Positions 8,909 through 17,032 of a DNA stretch of 36,959 nucleotides are shown here, in pieces (position 1 is the stretch's first letter; each line of letters starts with the position of its first letter). Origin of the DNA: Clostridiales bacterium (GTDB lineage Bacteria > Bacillota > Clostridia > Oscillospirales > Oscillospiraceae); assembly GCA_021205375.1 (NCBI GenBank), contig JAJPXR010000060.1, positions 1-36,959 of the forward strand. Reading direction: 5' to 3'. A program made the position numbers and the translations under genes. The notes below the pieces were generated by a model. It did no database searches. It worked only from the letters and a program-made list of their open reading frames with translations, and was not told the origin of the DNA.

Positions 8909-9005
8909 CCGTTAGCTGTTAGTTTGGCACTACAAACGATAAGCGCAGAGCAAAACAGCAAGCACTTTCAAGCTAATAGCCGTCAGCTAAAAGCTAACAG
9001 CTCTA
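8891..9005. repeat. Inverted pair of TTAGCNN heptamer arrays
   Basis: ttagccc-ttagcca-ttagccg-ttagctg-ttagttt (8891-8925, includes the kinase TAG) and agctaat-agccgtc-agctaaa-agctaac-agctcta (8971-9005). Confidence 0.8.
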
Positions 9006-9049
9006 TTTCAGATTTCTTTTAGGTAACGCGGGGCAAAGCGCGGTATGAT
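9006..9049 (+). promoter_or_regulatory. Response-regulator box plus -10 for the second lipoprotein gene
   Basis: TTTCAG-ATTTC-TTTTAG (9006-9022), 21 nt, TATGAT (9044-9049). Confidence 0.72.
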
Positions 9050-9079
9050 GGACCCATCAACCGACAGGAGGTCACGTTT

Positions 9080-11302
9080 ATGAAAAAACTGCTATCCCTT
9101 TTGCTGTGCCTGGCCCTGCTGCTGCCGCTGGCGGCCTGCGGCGGCGGCAGTGTAGAGACACAGGGAGACGCCAGCGGCGAATGGACGGTCAACAGCACCG
9201 GCACCACCCTGCGCTACGGGGAGGAAAACATCACCCCCACGCTGGCCGACGGCTCCGCTGCCAGCATTGAGAAAATGCAGGGCTGGGATGACGGCAGCCT
9301 GGATGCCTTTGGCTACCGGGAGTGGTATCACTCGGAGGACGGCGGCGACACCTGGGAGACCCGAACCGTGCCGGAGGACTTTCTCGCCATCCTGTGCGTG
9401 GACGGCGAGGGTGCGCTCTACGGTCTGGGACAGGACAAGGAGAGCGAGCAATATGTCCTCTACCAGTACACCGCCGACGGCGAAACAGAGACCCTGCCCC
9501 TGGACAGCGGCATCGAATCCTTCTCTTGCTGCGCCATTTACGACAATCGCATTGCATTTGTGAAAGATGCCCGCGATGCTTTTAGCTCCACCCTCTACGC
9601 GGTGGAGCTTGCCACCGGGACCACCCTCTGGCAGCGGGAAAGCGACAGCCCCTCCCCGACGTGCTTCTGCTATGACGGGGCGCTTTACCTCTACGAGAGC
9701 GCATACCCCCTGCTGGCCCTGGACCCGGAGACCGGCGAGGAGCTGGGGGAGTATGGTGAGGACTTTATGTGCAACACTACCCAGCCCCTGCTGGCGGAAA
9801 ACGGGTACTATTTCTTCCTGGATGAGGACAATTTCAACCTCTGCCGGGGCATTTTCAATTCCAAAATTTACGAGGTCGTTCTTGATGCCGCTGACTACCG
9901 CTACAGCCTGGAGTGTCTGGAGGGGTATACCCCTCTGTCTGGCTTTTACATGGATGAGGATTACACCCTCTACCTGACCACCTACGAGGGCAGTCTGTAC
10001 CGCTTCGCCGTGGGCACAGAAGCGGTGGAGGCGGATAGCACCTTCACCATCTGGGCGCTGAACGAGACGGACACCCTCCGGGAGGCGGTGCTGGCCTTCC
10101 AGGAGGCCCACCCAGAGCTGGATGTGGAGCTGGAGGTGCAGTTGGACGAGGATGGTTCCGCCGAGGGCAGCGCCACCGTCAGCGACATCCTCTCCAACCT
10201 GAACACCCAGCTTCTGGCGGGGGACGGCCCGGACGTGCTGATTTTGGACGATGTGGATTACCAGACCTACATCGACAAAGGGGTACTGGAACCCCTGAAC
10301 GACCTCTATCAGGAGTACGATTTCGTGGGCGGTACTGTCTCCACTCTGCTGACCGAGGCGGGGGACTGCTATGTGATTCCCGCCCGGTTCTCCATGCCGG
10401 TCATCATGACCGACCAGGGAGAATTGCCCACCACGATGGAGGAACTGACCGAGCGGGTGCTGACCGGCGGCGGTCGGTCTGCGGAGCAGGCGACGGAGGA
10501 CGACCTGGGCTGGGAGGAAAACGCCTATCTGTTGCTCCAGCCCTCCGGCGAGTTCTATTCTGTCTGGCTGGCAGCCAGCGGCGGTTCTCTGGTGACGGAG
10601 GACGGGGTGGACGCTTCGGCCCTGACCACCTGGCTCAATGACTTGAAGCAAATCAGCGACCACTACGACCTGACCGACGGGGTGGAACTGGCCGGCAGCT
10701 CCTCCGGCAGTTCCTATGAGGGCTTCAGCTACGGCAACCGAAACGAGTATTTCCCCTCCGACGGTTGGTGGGGCGACGGCGCCGCAGGCGTCATGGTGAT
10801 GAACGACGTGCAGTCGCTGCTGGGCCAGATGGTGGCTATCTGCTCCGAATATGACGAGGAAACCGGCGAAACTGCGATTTCCCCCGACCCGAAACGCTTC
10901 CAAATCGCCCGGTGCCCCGGCCTGACGGAGGGAGCTTACAGCCCGGAGATGCTGATGGCGGTCACCGCGGGCAGCAGCCAGACGGAACTGGCGAAGGAGT
11001 TCATCGAAACCGCCCTTTCCGATGACGTCCAGCGCTACACCTACGGCGACGGTCTGCCCGTCACCCAGGCGGGCATAGACGCGCAGTTGGATTACTTTTC
11101 CGATTACGCCGAACAGTGCGGTTGGGACATTTCGGCGTTGGAGGCGATTTTCGACAGTTGCACCGCCCCGGTGACGCTGGAGCTGGAGGTACAGGACGCC
11201 CTGTACAAGGCGGCGAACGGTCTTTGTCTGGGGGAAATCGACCTGGACGGCGCGGTGACGCAAATCGAGGACGATTTTGCCCTGAAAATCGCAGAAAAAT
11301 AA
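9080..11302 (+). CDS. Large extracellular solute-binding lipoprotein, paralog of 2216-4477
   Basis: Lipobox LAAC; Asp-box YHSEDGGDTW; shared blocks LNTQLLAG.GPDVLILD, FVGGTVS, YVIPARF, EGAY.PE, VQ.YTYGDGLPV; RBS AGGAGG. Confidence 0.85.
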   Translation: MKKLLSLLLCLALLLPLAACGGGSVETQGDASGEWTVNSTGTTLRYGEENITPTLADGSAASIEKMQGWDDGSLDAFGYREWYHSEDGGDTWETRTVPEDFLAILCVDGEGALYGLGQDKESEQYVLYQYTADGETETLPLDSGIESFSCCAIYDNRIAFVKDARDAFSSTLYAVELATGTTLWQRESDSPSPTCFCYDGALYLYESAYPLLALDPETGEELGEYGEDFMCNTTQPLLAENGYYFFLDEDNFNLCRGIFNSKIYEVVLDAADYRYSLECLEGYTPLSGFYMDEDYTLYLTTYEGSLYRFAVGTEAVEADSTFTIWALNETDTLREAVLAFQEAHPELDVELEVQLDEDGSAEGSATVSDILSNLNTQLLAGDGPDVLILDDVDYQTYIDKGVLEPLNDLYQEYDFVGGTVSTLLTEAGDCYVIPARFSMPVIMTDQGELPTTMEELTERVLTGGGRSAEQATEDDLGWEENAYLLLQPSGEFYSVWLAASGGSLVTEDGVDASALTTWLNDLKQISDHYDLTDGVELAGSSSGSSYEGFSYGNRNEYFPSDGWWGDGAAGVMVMNDVQSLLGQMVAICSEYDEETGETAISPDPKRFQIARCPGLTEGAYSPEMLMAVTAGSSQTELAKEFIETALSDDVQRYTYGDGLPVTQAGIDAQLDYFSDYAEQCGWDISALEAIFDSCTAPVTLELEVQDALYKAANGLCLGEIDLDGAVTQIEDDFALKIAEK

Positions 11303-11305
11303 ACG

Positions 11306-11343
11306 AAAAACACTCCGGGCGCAGTATTCCGGAGTGTTTTTTT
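11306..11343. terminator. Rho-independent terminator, possibly bidirectional
   Basis: aaaaa-cactccgg-loop-ccggagtg-ttttttt immediately after the stop. Confidence 0.85.
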
Positions 11344-11435
11344 GCCGCAGAACAGGCAAGACAAAGAGAGGGATGCAGAACAAAAACTTTCCTGAGCGGT
11401 GAAACGCTCCTGAGAGTTTGCCACGCGCTTTCGTG

Positions 11436-11969
11436 CTATAATTTGCTTTTCAGCAATCCCAGTACGTTGGAGATCTTCTCCACCGGCTCCGGGTTTTCGC
11501 TGTTCAGCCAGTCGTAAAGGACAGAAAAGGTCCCCTGAAAGACAAACTGGCGGATATACTTTACCTCTGTCTCTGAATAATTGCTTTCGTCGAGCATATT
11601 CTGAAAAATAACGCCGATACTTGGGAGGGCGAACAGGTGCGAGGAAAATTCCTGCATGGGAACAGAGCGGACAAGGAGGCAGAACAGGTCCCTTTGTTCA
11701 TATAGGTGCTGTAAGGTCAGGAGCATAGCGTTGGAGCTTTGGGTGATGACCTGCTTGAGTTCCTCATCCAGTTGTCTGAGAAAGTCTGATTCAATTTCGT
11801 TCAGCAGTTCCTCTTGACTTCCATAGTATTTATAGAACGTGGTGCGGTTGATCTCCGACACCTTGCAAAGCTCATAAACCGTAATTTGGCTCAGCGGCTT
11901 TTTTCTGAGCAGCTTGAGCAGTCCTGTCTTGAGCATGGTTTTGCTGATACGCACTCTCTGATTTTCCAT
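11436..11969 (-). CDS. TetR/AcrR-family transcriptional regulator
   Basis: ITVYELCKVSEINRTTFYKYY HTH; start MENQRVRISK. Confidence 0.92.
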   Translation of the reverse strand: MENQRVRISKTMLKTGLLKLLRKKPLSQITVYELCKVSEINRTTFYKYYGSQEELLNEIESDFLRQLDEELKQVITQSSNAMLLTLQHLYEQRDLFCLLVRSVPMQEFSSHLFALPSIGVIFQNMLDESNYSETEVKYIRQFVFQGTFSVLYDWLNSENPEPVEKISNVLGLLKSKL

Positions 11970-12053
11970 CCCTTGCTCCACCTCGACAAATGTTTGATAA
12001 CTGTTGACTTTAAGACAATTGAGTTGAAAGTGTTGACCGCAGAACATTTCAAT

Positions 12054-12070
12054 GTCAACAGTATGTTGAC
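12054..12070. promoter_or_regulatory. Putative TetR operator palindrome
   Basis: Perfect GTCAACA-gta-TGTTGAC between divergent genes; further TGTTGAC half sites at 12002 and 12031; TATAAT at ~12090. Confidence 0.6.
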
Positions 12071-12319
12071 TTTAACTGCTTTCGTCTATTATAATGAAAG
12101 AGCGGAGATTTGTCAACTTTCAATTGCGGAAACCGCAGTAAGAAATCGACATCAACTCTGCGCAGAAGAAGAGGATAACACCACGCGGAAAAGCGCGCCT
12201 TTGGAATAAGCGGGCCTTGCCCGCTCAAGAAGAGCGGATTCCGACAAACAATGGAGCAGCGGGCTTGCGGCGAAAGCAGGACCGCTGCTCGAACGACCGG
12301 CCTGAAGGAGGCCAACACT

Positions 12320-13789
12320 ATGAATCATACTACCATTTACGAACGTTTTGCAGAAACCGTGACACAATTCCCTGACCAGCCTGCCATTATAGAACAGGCG
12401 CAGTCCCTGACCTACGCCCAGCTTGACCGGCGCATTGATGTAATTGCAGGAAACTTTCCCTCGCGGGAAAACTGCATTGGCATTGTGGCCGACCACGGGG
12501 CCGATTTCGTTGCCGCCATCTTTGCCGTGCTGAAAACCGGGGCGGCTTACGTTCCGGCAGAGCCGGATTTCCCGGAGGAACGCATCCGCTTCATGATGCG
12601 GGAGAGCAATGTGGGCTTCATCATCACCCAGAAAAAGTATCGGGAGAAGCTGGTTGGATTCCCTCTGCTGTTTCTGGAGGACATGACCGGGGAGACCGCT
12701 GTGCAGGAAAACAGACCCTTGACACGTCCGGCGTCTCTGGCCTATATTTTATATACCTCCGGCTCTACCGGCGTGCCGAAGGGCGTTTGCGTGACGAACG
12801 CCAACGTCTGTCATTATGTCCGGGCGTTTCAGCATGAGTTTCACCCCTCAGCCGGGGACGTGATGCTGCAATACTCCGTCTGCTCTTTCGATATTTTCGT
12901 GGAGGAGGTGTTCACCACCCTTCTCTCCGGGGCAGCCCTCGCCATCCCCGACGGTCAGGCGAGAGCGGATATCCATTCCCTGATGGACTTTGTGCGGGAG
13001 AAGAACGTGACCGTGCTCAGCGGGTTCCCCTATCTGCTGATGGAGCTGAACGAGCTGGAGCGCATCCCCTCCAGCCTGCGGCTGCTCATCAGCGGCGGCG
13101 ACATCCTCCGGGAGAGTTATGTGGACCATCTGCTGCCCCAGGTCACGGTTTACAACACCTATGGGCCGTCGGAGACCACCGTCTGTTGCAGCTATTTCCG
13201 CTGCAACGGCCAAAAGGCGCTGGAGGACGGCACCTATCCCATCGGAAAACCGGTGCTTGGAACGCAGATCGAACTGTTGGATGAGGACGGGCAGCCTGTC
13301 CCCGCCGGTTCTGTGGGGGAGCTTTGCATCTCCGGCGGCGGTGTCTCCAACGGATACCTCGACCAGAGCAAGAATGAGATGTTCGTGACCACAGAGGATG
13401 GAAAACGGCTCTACCGGAGCGGCGACCTGGGCTATCTCCTGCCAGACGGCAATCTGGCGTTCCTCCACCGCAGGGACTCTCAGGTGATGATCCTGGGGAA
13501 ACGGGTGGAGCCGGAGGAGGTGGAAAACGTCCTCTGCGACTGCGAGGAGGTGCAGACCGCTGTGGTCTGCCCGTTCACGGATGAGCATGGCCTCTCCTAC
13601 TTGACCGCCTATGTGGTCCCGGAGGGGACGAATTTTGTGCTATCTGAGGTCAAGAAAAAGCTGCGGCGTTATCTGACCTCCTTCATGATACCGGAATTTT
13701 TCGTGATTCTGGACCACATCCCGCTGACCCCCAACGGGAAGCCGGACGTAAAAAGCCTGCCGGTGGTGCTGAAAGAGGGGACCTGCTGA
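12320..13789 (+). CDS. Stand-alone amino acid adenylation domain protein (NRPS-like A domain)
   Basis: LTYAQL, LKTGAAYVP, YTSGSTGVPKG, SFDI, NTYGPSE, GELCISGGGVSNGY, YRSGDL, GKRVEPEEVE, PLTPNGK; no fused C or PCP domain; RBS AAGGAGG. Confidence 0.9.
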   Translation: MNHTTIYERFAETVTQFPDQPAIIEQAQSLTYAQLDRRIDVIAGNFPSRENCIGIVADHGADFVAAIFAVLKTGAAYVPAEPDFPEERIRFMMRESNVGFIITQKKYREKLVGFPLLFLEDMTGETAVQENRPLTRPASLAYILYTSGSTGVPKGVCVTNANVCHYVRAFQHEFHPSAGDVMLQYSVCSFDIFVEEVFTTLLSGAALAIPDGQARADIHSLMDFVREKNVTVLSGFPYLLMELNELERIPSSLRLLISGGDILRESYVDHLLPQVTVYNTYGPSETTVCCSYFRCNGQKALEDGTYPIGKPVLGTQIELLDEDGQPVPAGSVGELCISGGGVSNGYLDQSKNEMFVTTEDGKRLYRSGDLGYLLPDGNLAFLHRRDSQVMILGKRVEPEEVENVLCDCEEVQTAVVCPFTDEHGLSYLTAYVVPEGTNFVLSEVKKKLRRYLTSFMIPEFFVILDHIPLTPNGKPDVKSLPVVLKEGTC

Positions 13790-13790
13790 A

Positions 13791-14264
13791 TTGGAACTGA
13801 CAATCAGAAAAGCGGACGGCTCCGACTTGGAGGAGCTGGTGCGCTGGCGGGAAGTCGTTCTGCGGGAGGTTTTTTCCATTCCCGCCGGGGAGAATATGAC
13901 AGAGCTTCTCGCCGCAAACCGGGCGTATTACCAGACCGCGTTGGAGACGGGGGAACACATCGCCTGCTTCGCCTGCGCCGGAGAAAAAATCGTGGGCTGC
14001 GGCGGCGTCTGCCTCTACCGGGAGATGCCCTCGCCGGACAATCCCAGCGGCAAATGCGGGTATCTGATGAACATTTATACCCTACCCGCTATGCGTCAGC
14101 GAGGCGTGGGAAAAGAAGTCGTGCAGTGGCTGGTGCAGGAGGCGAAGGACTGGGGCGCGGAGAAGATTTATCTGGAGGCGTCGGAACAGGCGTATTCCCT
14201 GTATCGGTCGTTAGGCTTTCAGGATATGAAAGGATATTTGAAGTACAACGAAACATCGTTTTAG
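13791..14264 (+). CDS. GNAT family N-acetyltransferase
   Basis: NIYTLPAMRQRGVG acetyl-CoA motif, LYRSLGF; TTG start directly after the A-domain stop. Confidence 0.9.
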   Translation: MELTIRKADGSDLEELVRWREVVLREVFSIPAGENMTELLAANRAYYQTALETGEHIACFACAGEKIVGCGGVCLYREMPSPDNPSGKCGYLMNIYTLPAMRQRGVGKEVVQWLVQEAKDWGAEKIYLEASEQAYSLYRSLGFQDMKGYLKYNETSF

Positions 14265-14280
14265 GGCAAGGAGAGGGAGT

Positions 14281-14973
14281 ATGAAGGCAGAAAATGCAGT
14301 CACATTGCAAGTGAACGGAAAAAAGATACAGGTCTACTGCGCGTCTCAGGCAGTGCCGCTGGTGATTTACCACGCCGTAATGGGGGAGGGGAAAGCCCTG
14401 TGGCAAGCCTGCCAAAAGCTGGATTGCCCGGCGTTTTCGCTGGCGGTCATCAACGGCGTGAGCTGGGACGACGATATGACGCCGTGGGCCATCCCGCCCA
14501 TCTCCAAGGGAGACACCCCCTGTTCCGGCGGCGCAGACGCTTATTTAGCGCAGTTCACCGGCGAACTGCTGCCGCAAATCACGGCGGCGCTCCCGTTCCC
14601 GCCGACGTACTGCGCCCTGGCGGGTTACTCGCTGGCGGGGCTGTTTGCCGTGTACGCGGGGTACAAGACGGACTGTTTCTCCCGCTTGATTTCTGCATCC
14701 GGTTCGATGTGGTATCCTGATTTTGTGACCTTTGTCCGGCAACATCGCATTTCGGAACAGGTGAAGGTGATCTACTTCTCCCTGGGAGATCAGGAGAGCC
14801 ACACGAAAAATCAGTACCTCGCCCCGGTGGAGGACAATACCCGGTTCCTGGCACAGTATTTTTCGGAGCAGGGCCTTCAAACGACCTTCCAGTTGAACAA
14901 AGGGAATCACTATCGCAACTCCACAGGCCGGATGGCCGCAGGGATTCAATGGGCGCTGGAGCAGCAGCTTTGA
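14281..14973 (+). CDS. Alpha/beta hydrolase (putative esterase)
   Basis: GGADAYL, nucleophile elbow GYSLAG, SGSMWY, GNH. Confidence 0.85.
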   Translation: MKAENAVTLQVNGKKIQVYCASQAVPLVIYHAVMGEGKALWQACQKLDCPAFSLAVINGVSWDDDMTPWAIPPISKGDTPCSGGADAYLAQFTGELLPQITAALPFPPTYCALAGYSLAGLFAVYAGYKTDCFSRLISASGSMWYPDFVTFVRQHRISEQVKVIYFSLGDQESHTKNQYLAPVEDNTRFLAQYFSEQGLQTTFQLNKGNHYRNSTGRMAAGIQWALEQQL

Positions 14974-15024
14974 GCGAAGCAGGAACCGGGAACGGCGGCA
15001 TCATCTGAACAGAGAAATAAGAAC

Positions 15025-15069
15025 CCGGCAGGCCGTCACAGAAATTGTGGCGGTCTGCCGGACCTTTTT
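15025..15069. terminator. Hairpin between convergent genes (terminator)
   Basis: ccggcaggccgtcaca-gaaat-tgtggcggtctgccgg followed by a T run. Confidence 0.7.
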
Positions 15070-15079
15070 AAGGATGGTT

Positions 15080-15433
15080 TCACTGTTCGTTCTGCGCCTT
15101 ATAGTTTTCGCCCCAATCCCACATGGCGTCCAAAATTGGTTTCAGGCTGTAGCCCAGTTCCGTCAGGGTGTATTCCACATGGGGCGGCACTTCTGGGAAA
15201 ACGGTGCGGGTCACAAGGCCGCTCGCCTCCATTTGCCGCAGTTGAGCAGTTAGCACCTTCTGGGATACATGGCCGATGGATTTTTTCAGCTCGCCAAACC
15301 GTTTCGTTCCGGGCATCAGGTCCCGGAGGATCAACACCTTCCACTTGTCACTGATCAGCATTAAGGTCGTCTCCACCGGACATTCGGGCAGCTCTTTTTT
15401 GGGCGTTGTCTGAATGTCTTTTTTGTTTTCCAT
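15080..15433 (-). CDS. HxlR/DUF24-family winged-helix regulator
   Basis: CPVETTLMLISDKWKVLIL, KRFGEL, SQKVLTAQLR, VPPHVEYTLT. Confidence 0.95.
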   Translation of the reverse strand: MENKKDIQTTPKKELPECPVETTLMLISDKWKVLILRDLMPGTKRFGELKKSIGHVSQKVLTAQLRQMEASGLVTRTVFPEVPPHVEYTLTELGYSLKPILDAMWDWGENYKAQNEQ

Positions 15434-15460
15434 GTGCGGTCCCTCCTATGGTTTCCAAAT

Positions 15461-15494
15461 GGTAACTATAGCACAATATTGTGCTTACGTTACA
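15461..15494. promoter_or_regulatory. Putative HxlR operator, copy 1
   Basis: ggtaactata-GCACAATATTGTGC-ttacgttaca; perfect 14-bp palindrome. Confidence 0.65.
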
Positions 15495-15603
15495 AATTCT
15501 CCGTACACCCTTATTATAGAGTCAGCAAGAGGGAATTGCAAGATGATTCCGCTCAAATCGTTTCCCCAAACGCAGAAAACCGGCTGGGGCATGGTATCCT
15601 GCC

Positions 15604-15637
15604 GGTAACTATGGCACAATATTGTGCGTACTTCACA
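15604..15637. promoter_or_regulatory. Putative HxlR operator, copy 2
   Basis: ggtaactatg-GCACAATATTGTGC-gtacttcaca, followed by TGnTACAAT. Confidence 0.65.
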
Positions 15638-15711
15638 GGCTGCCAAACTGCTGGTACAATAAAAGCAGTTAAGAAAAACCTTGCAGAAAACAAAATTTGG
15701 AGGTCATCATT

Positions 15712-16281
15712 ATGAAAAAGGTACTTATCGTCAACGCCAGCAAGCGCCGCAATGGCAACTCCTATGCCCTGGCAAAGAGATTTGCTGAGCAGATGGAGGG
15801 GAAGGCTGAGGTCACGACCTTTAACATCGGTGAGAAGGATGTGCGTGTGTGTCTTGCCTGCGACGGCTGCAAGCGTCAGCATACCCCCAACTGTGTCCAG
15901 AAGGATGACTTCACCGCTCTGATCCCCGCCATCGACAGCTGCGACGCCATGCTGATCCTGGCTCCTGTCCATTGGGATCAGTTCCCCGCCCAGCTGAAGG
16001 CTTTCCTGGATCGCACCTACTCCTTCATGGACTTCACCCAGCCGGATATGTCCATGGCCACCCGCAAGGACAAGAAGCTGGCCGGTTACTTCTTCGCTGG
16101 CTTCGGCCCCGTGGATGTGTACACCCAGATGGTGGAGACCAACCTGAAGAGCTTCGCCACTGCCGGCTTCCGGGATTACAAGGCTTATGTGGTCGGCAAT
16201 GTCAACATTCCCGGCTCCGCCATGGAGAACGAGGAAGCTATGAAGGCAGCCGACGAAGTGGCCGCCTGGCTCATTGGCTGA
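15712..16281 (+). CDS. Flavodoxin-fold iron-sulfur flavoprotein / NADPH-dependent FMN reductase family
   Basis: ASKRRNGNS, CLACDGC..C.QKDD, APVHW, QLKAFLDR; RBS GGAGG. Confidence 0.88.
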   Translation: MKKVLIVNASKRRNGNSYALAKRFAEQMEGKAEVTTFNIGEKDVRVCLACDGCKRQHTPNCVQKDDFTALIPAIDSCDAMLILAPVHWDQFPAQLKAFLDRTYSFMDFTQPDMSMATRKDKKLAGYFFAGFGPVDVYTQMVETNLKSFATAGFRDYKAYVVGNVNIPGSAMENEEAMKAADEVAAWLIG

Positions 16282-16421
16282 TTGCTCACATTCTATCCAT
16301 CAAACATCTGCTGATTGCTGACTTCTCCGGCAATCCGCCCTATGAGTTCTAATTTGGAGCGCCTGGCGGCAGGAATATGCTGCCAGACGCTCCATCCAGC
16401 AATACGGGGGAGCGATACGAT

Positions 16422-17030
16422 ATGAACAGAAACGACTATTTGAAGCTGCTGGTGGAGGACATTCACTCCACCACTGTCGCCACTATCGGCGCAGACGGAC
16501 ATCCCCAGACCCGCACCATTGACATGATGCTGTGGGATGAGCAAGGGGTATACTTTCTGACGGCGAAGGGCAAAGCCTTTTACAGCCAGCTCATGGAGCA
16601 GCAGTACATTGCCCTTTCCGCCACGAAGGACAAAAAGTCCGTCTCCCTGCGGGGCAAAGTTCAGAACATCGGCGGCGAAAAGCTGGATGAGATGTTTGAA
16701 AAGAACCCCTATATGCAAAAGATTTACCCCGGTGACACCCGCAGCGCCCTGGAGGTGTTCCGGCTGTACAAGGCCAGCGGGGAATACTTCGACATCAGCG
16801 ACCCGGCTCATGTGACGCGGGACAGCATTGTCATCGGTCAGCCGGAAACTGTGGTCAACGGCTATTTTGTGGGCAGCGCCTGCATCGGCTGCAAGCTGTG
16901 TTACTCCGCCTGTCCCCAGAAGTGCATCGACATCTCCACCACACCAGTGGTCATCGACCAGAGCCGCTGCCTCCACTGCGGACGCTGCTCGGAGATTTGC
17001 CCCAGGCAGGCCATCGAAAAGAGAGGATAA
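16422..17030 (+). CDS. Pyridoxamine 5'-phosphate oxidase-like (FMN split barrel) protein with C-terminal 2x[4Fe-4S] domain
   Basis: ATIGADGHPQTR, YFLTAKGKAFY; CIGCKLCYSACP and CLHCGRCSEICP. Confidence 0.88.
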   Translation: MNRNDYLKLLVEDIHSTTVATIGADGHPQTRTIDMMLWDEQGVYFLTAKGKAFYSQLMEQQYIALSATKDKKSVSLRGKVQNIGGEKLDEMFEKNPYMQKIYPGDTRSALEVFRLYKASGEYFDISDPAHVTRDSIVIGQPETVVNGYFVGSACIGCKLCYSACPQKCIDISTTPVVIDQSRCLHCGRCSEICPRQAIEKRG

Positions 17031-17032
17031 CC

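Noticed and set aside
2065-9005. Heptamer arrays and REP-like repeats as a CRISPR-like array or IS ends
   Set aside because: No repeat-spacer periodicity, no transposase, and no target-site duplication identified.
9092-11383. 763-aa minus-strand ORF
   Set aside because: Antisense shadow of the SBP gene, typical of GC-rich codon bias; no recognisable motifs.
12320-13789. A domain as DltA
   Set aside because: No dltB/dltC/dltD neighbours; context is TetR, GNAT and esterase.
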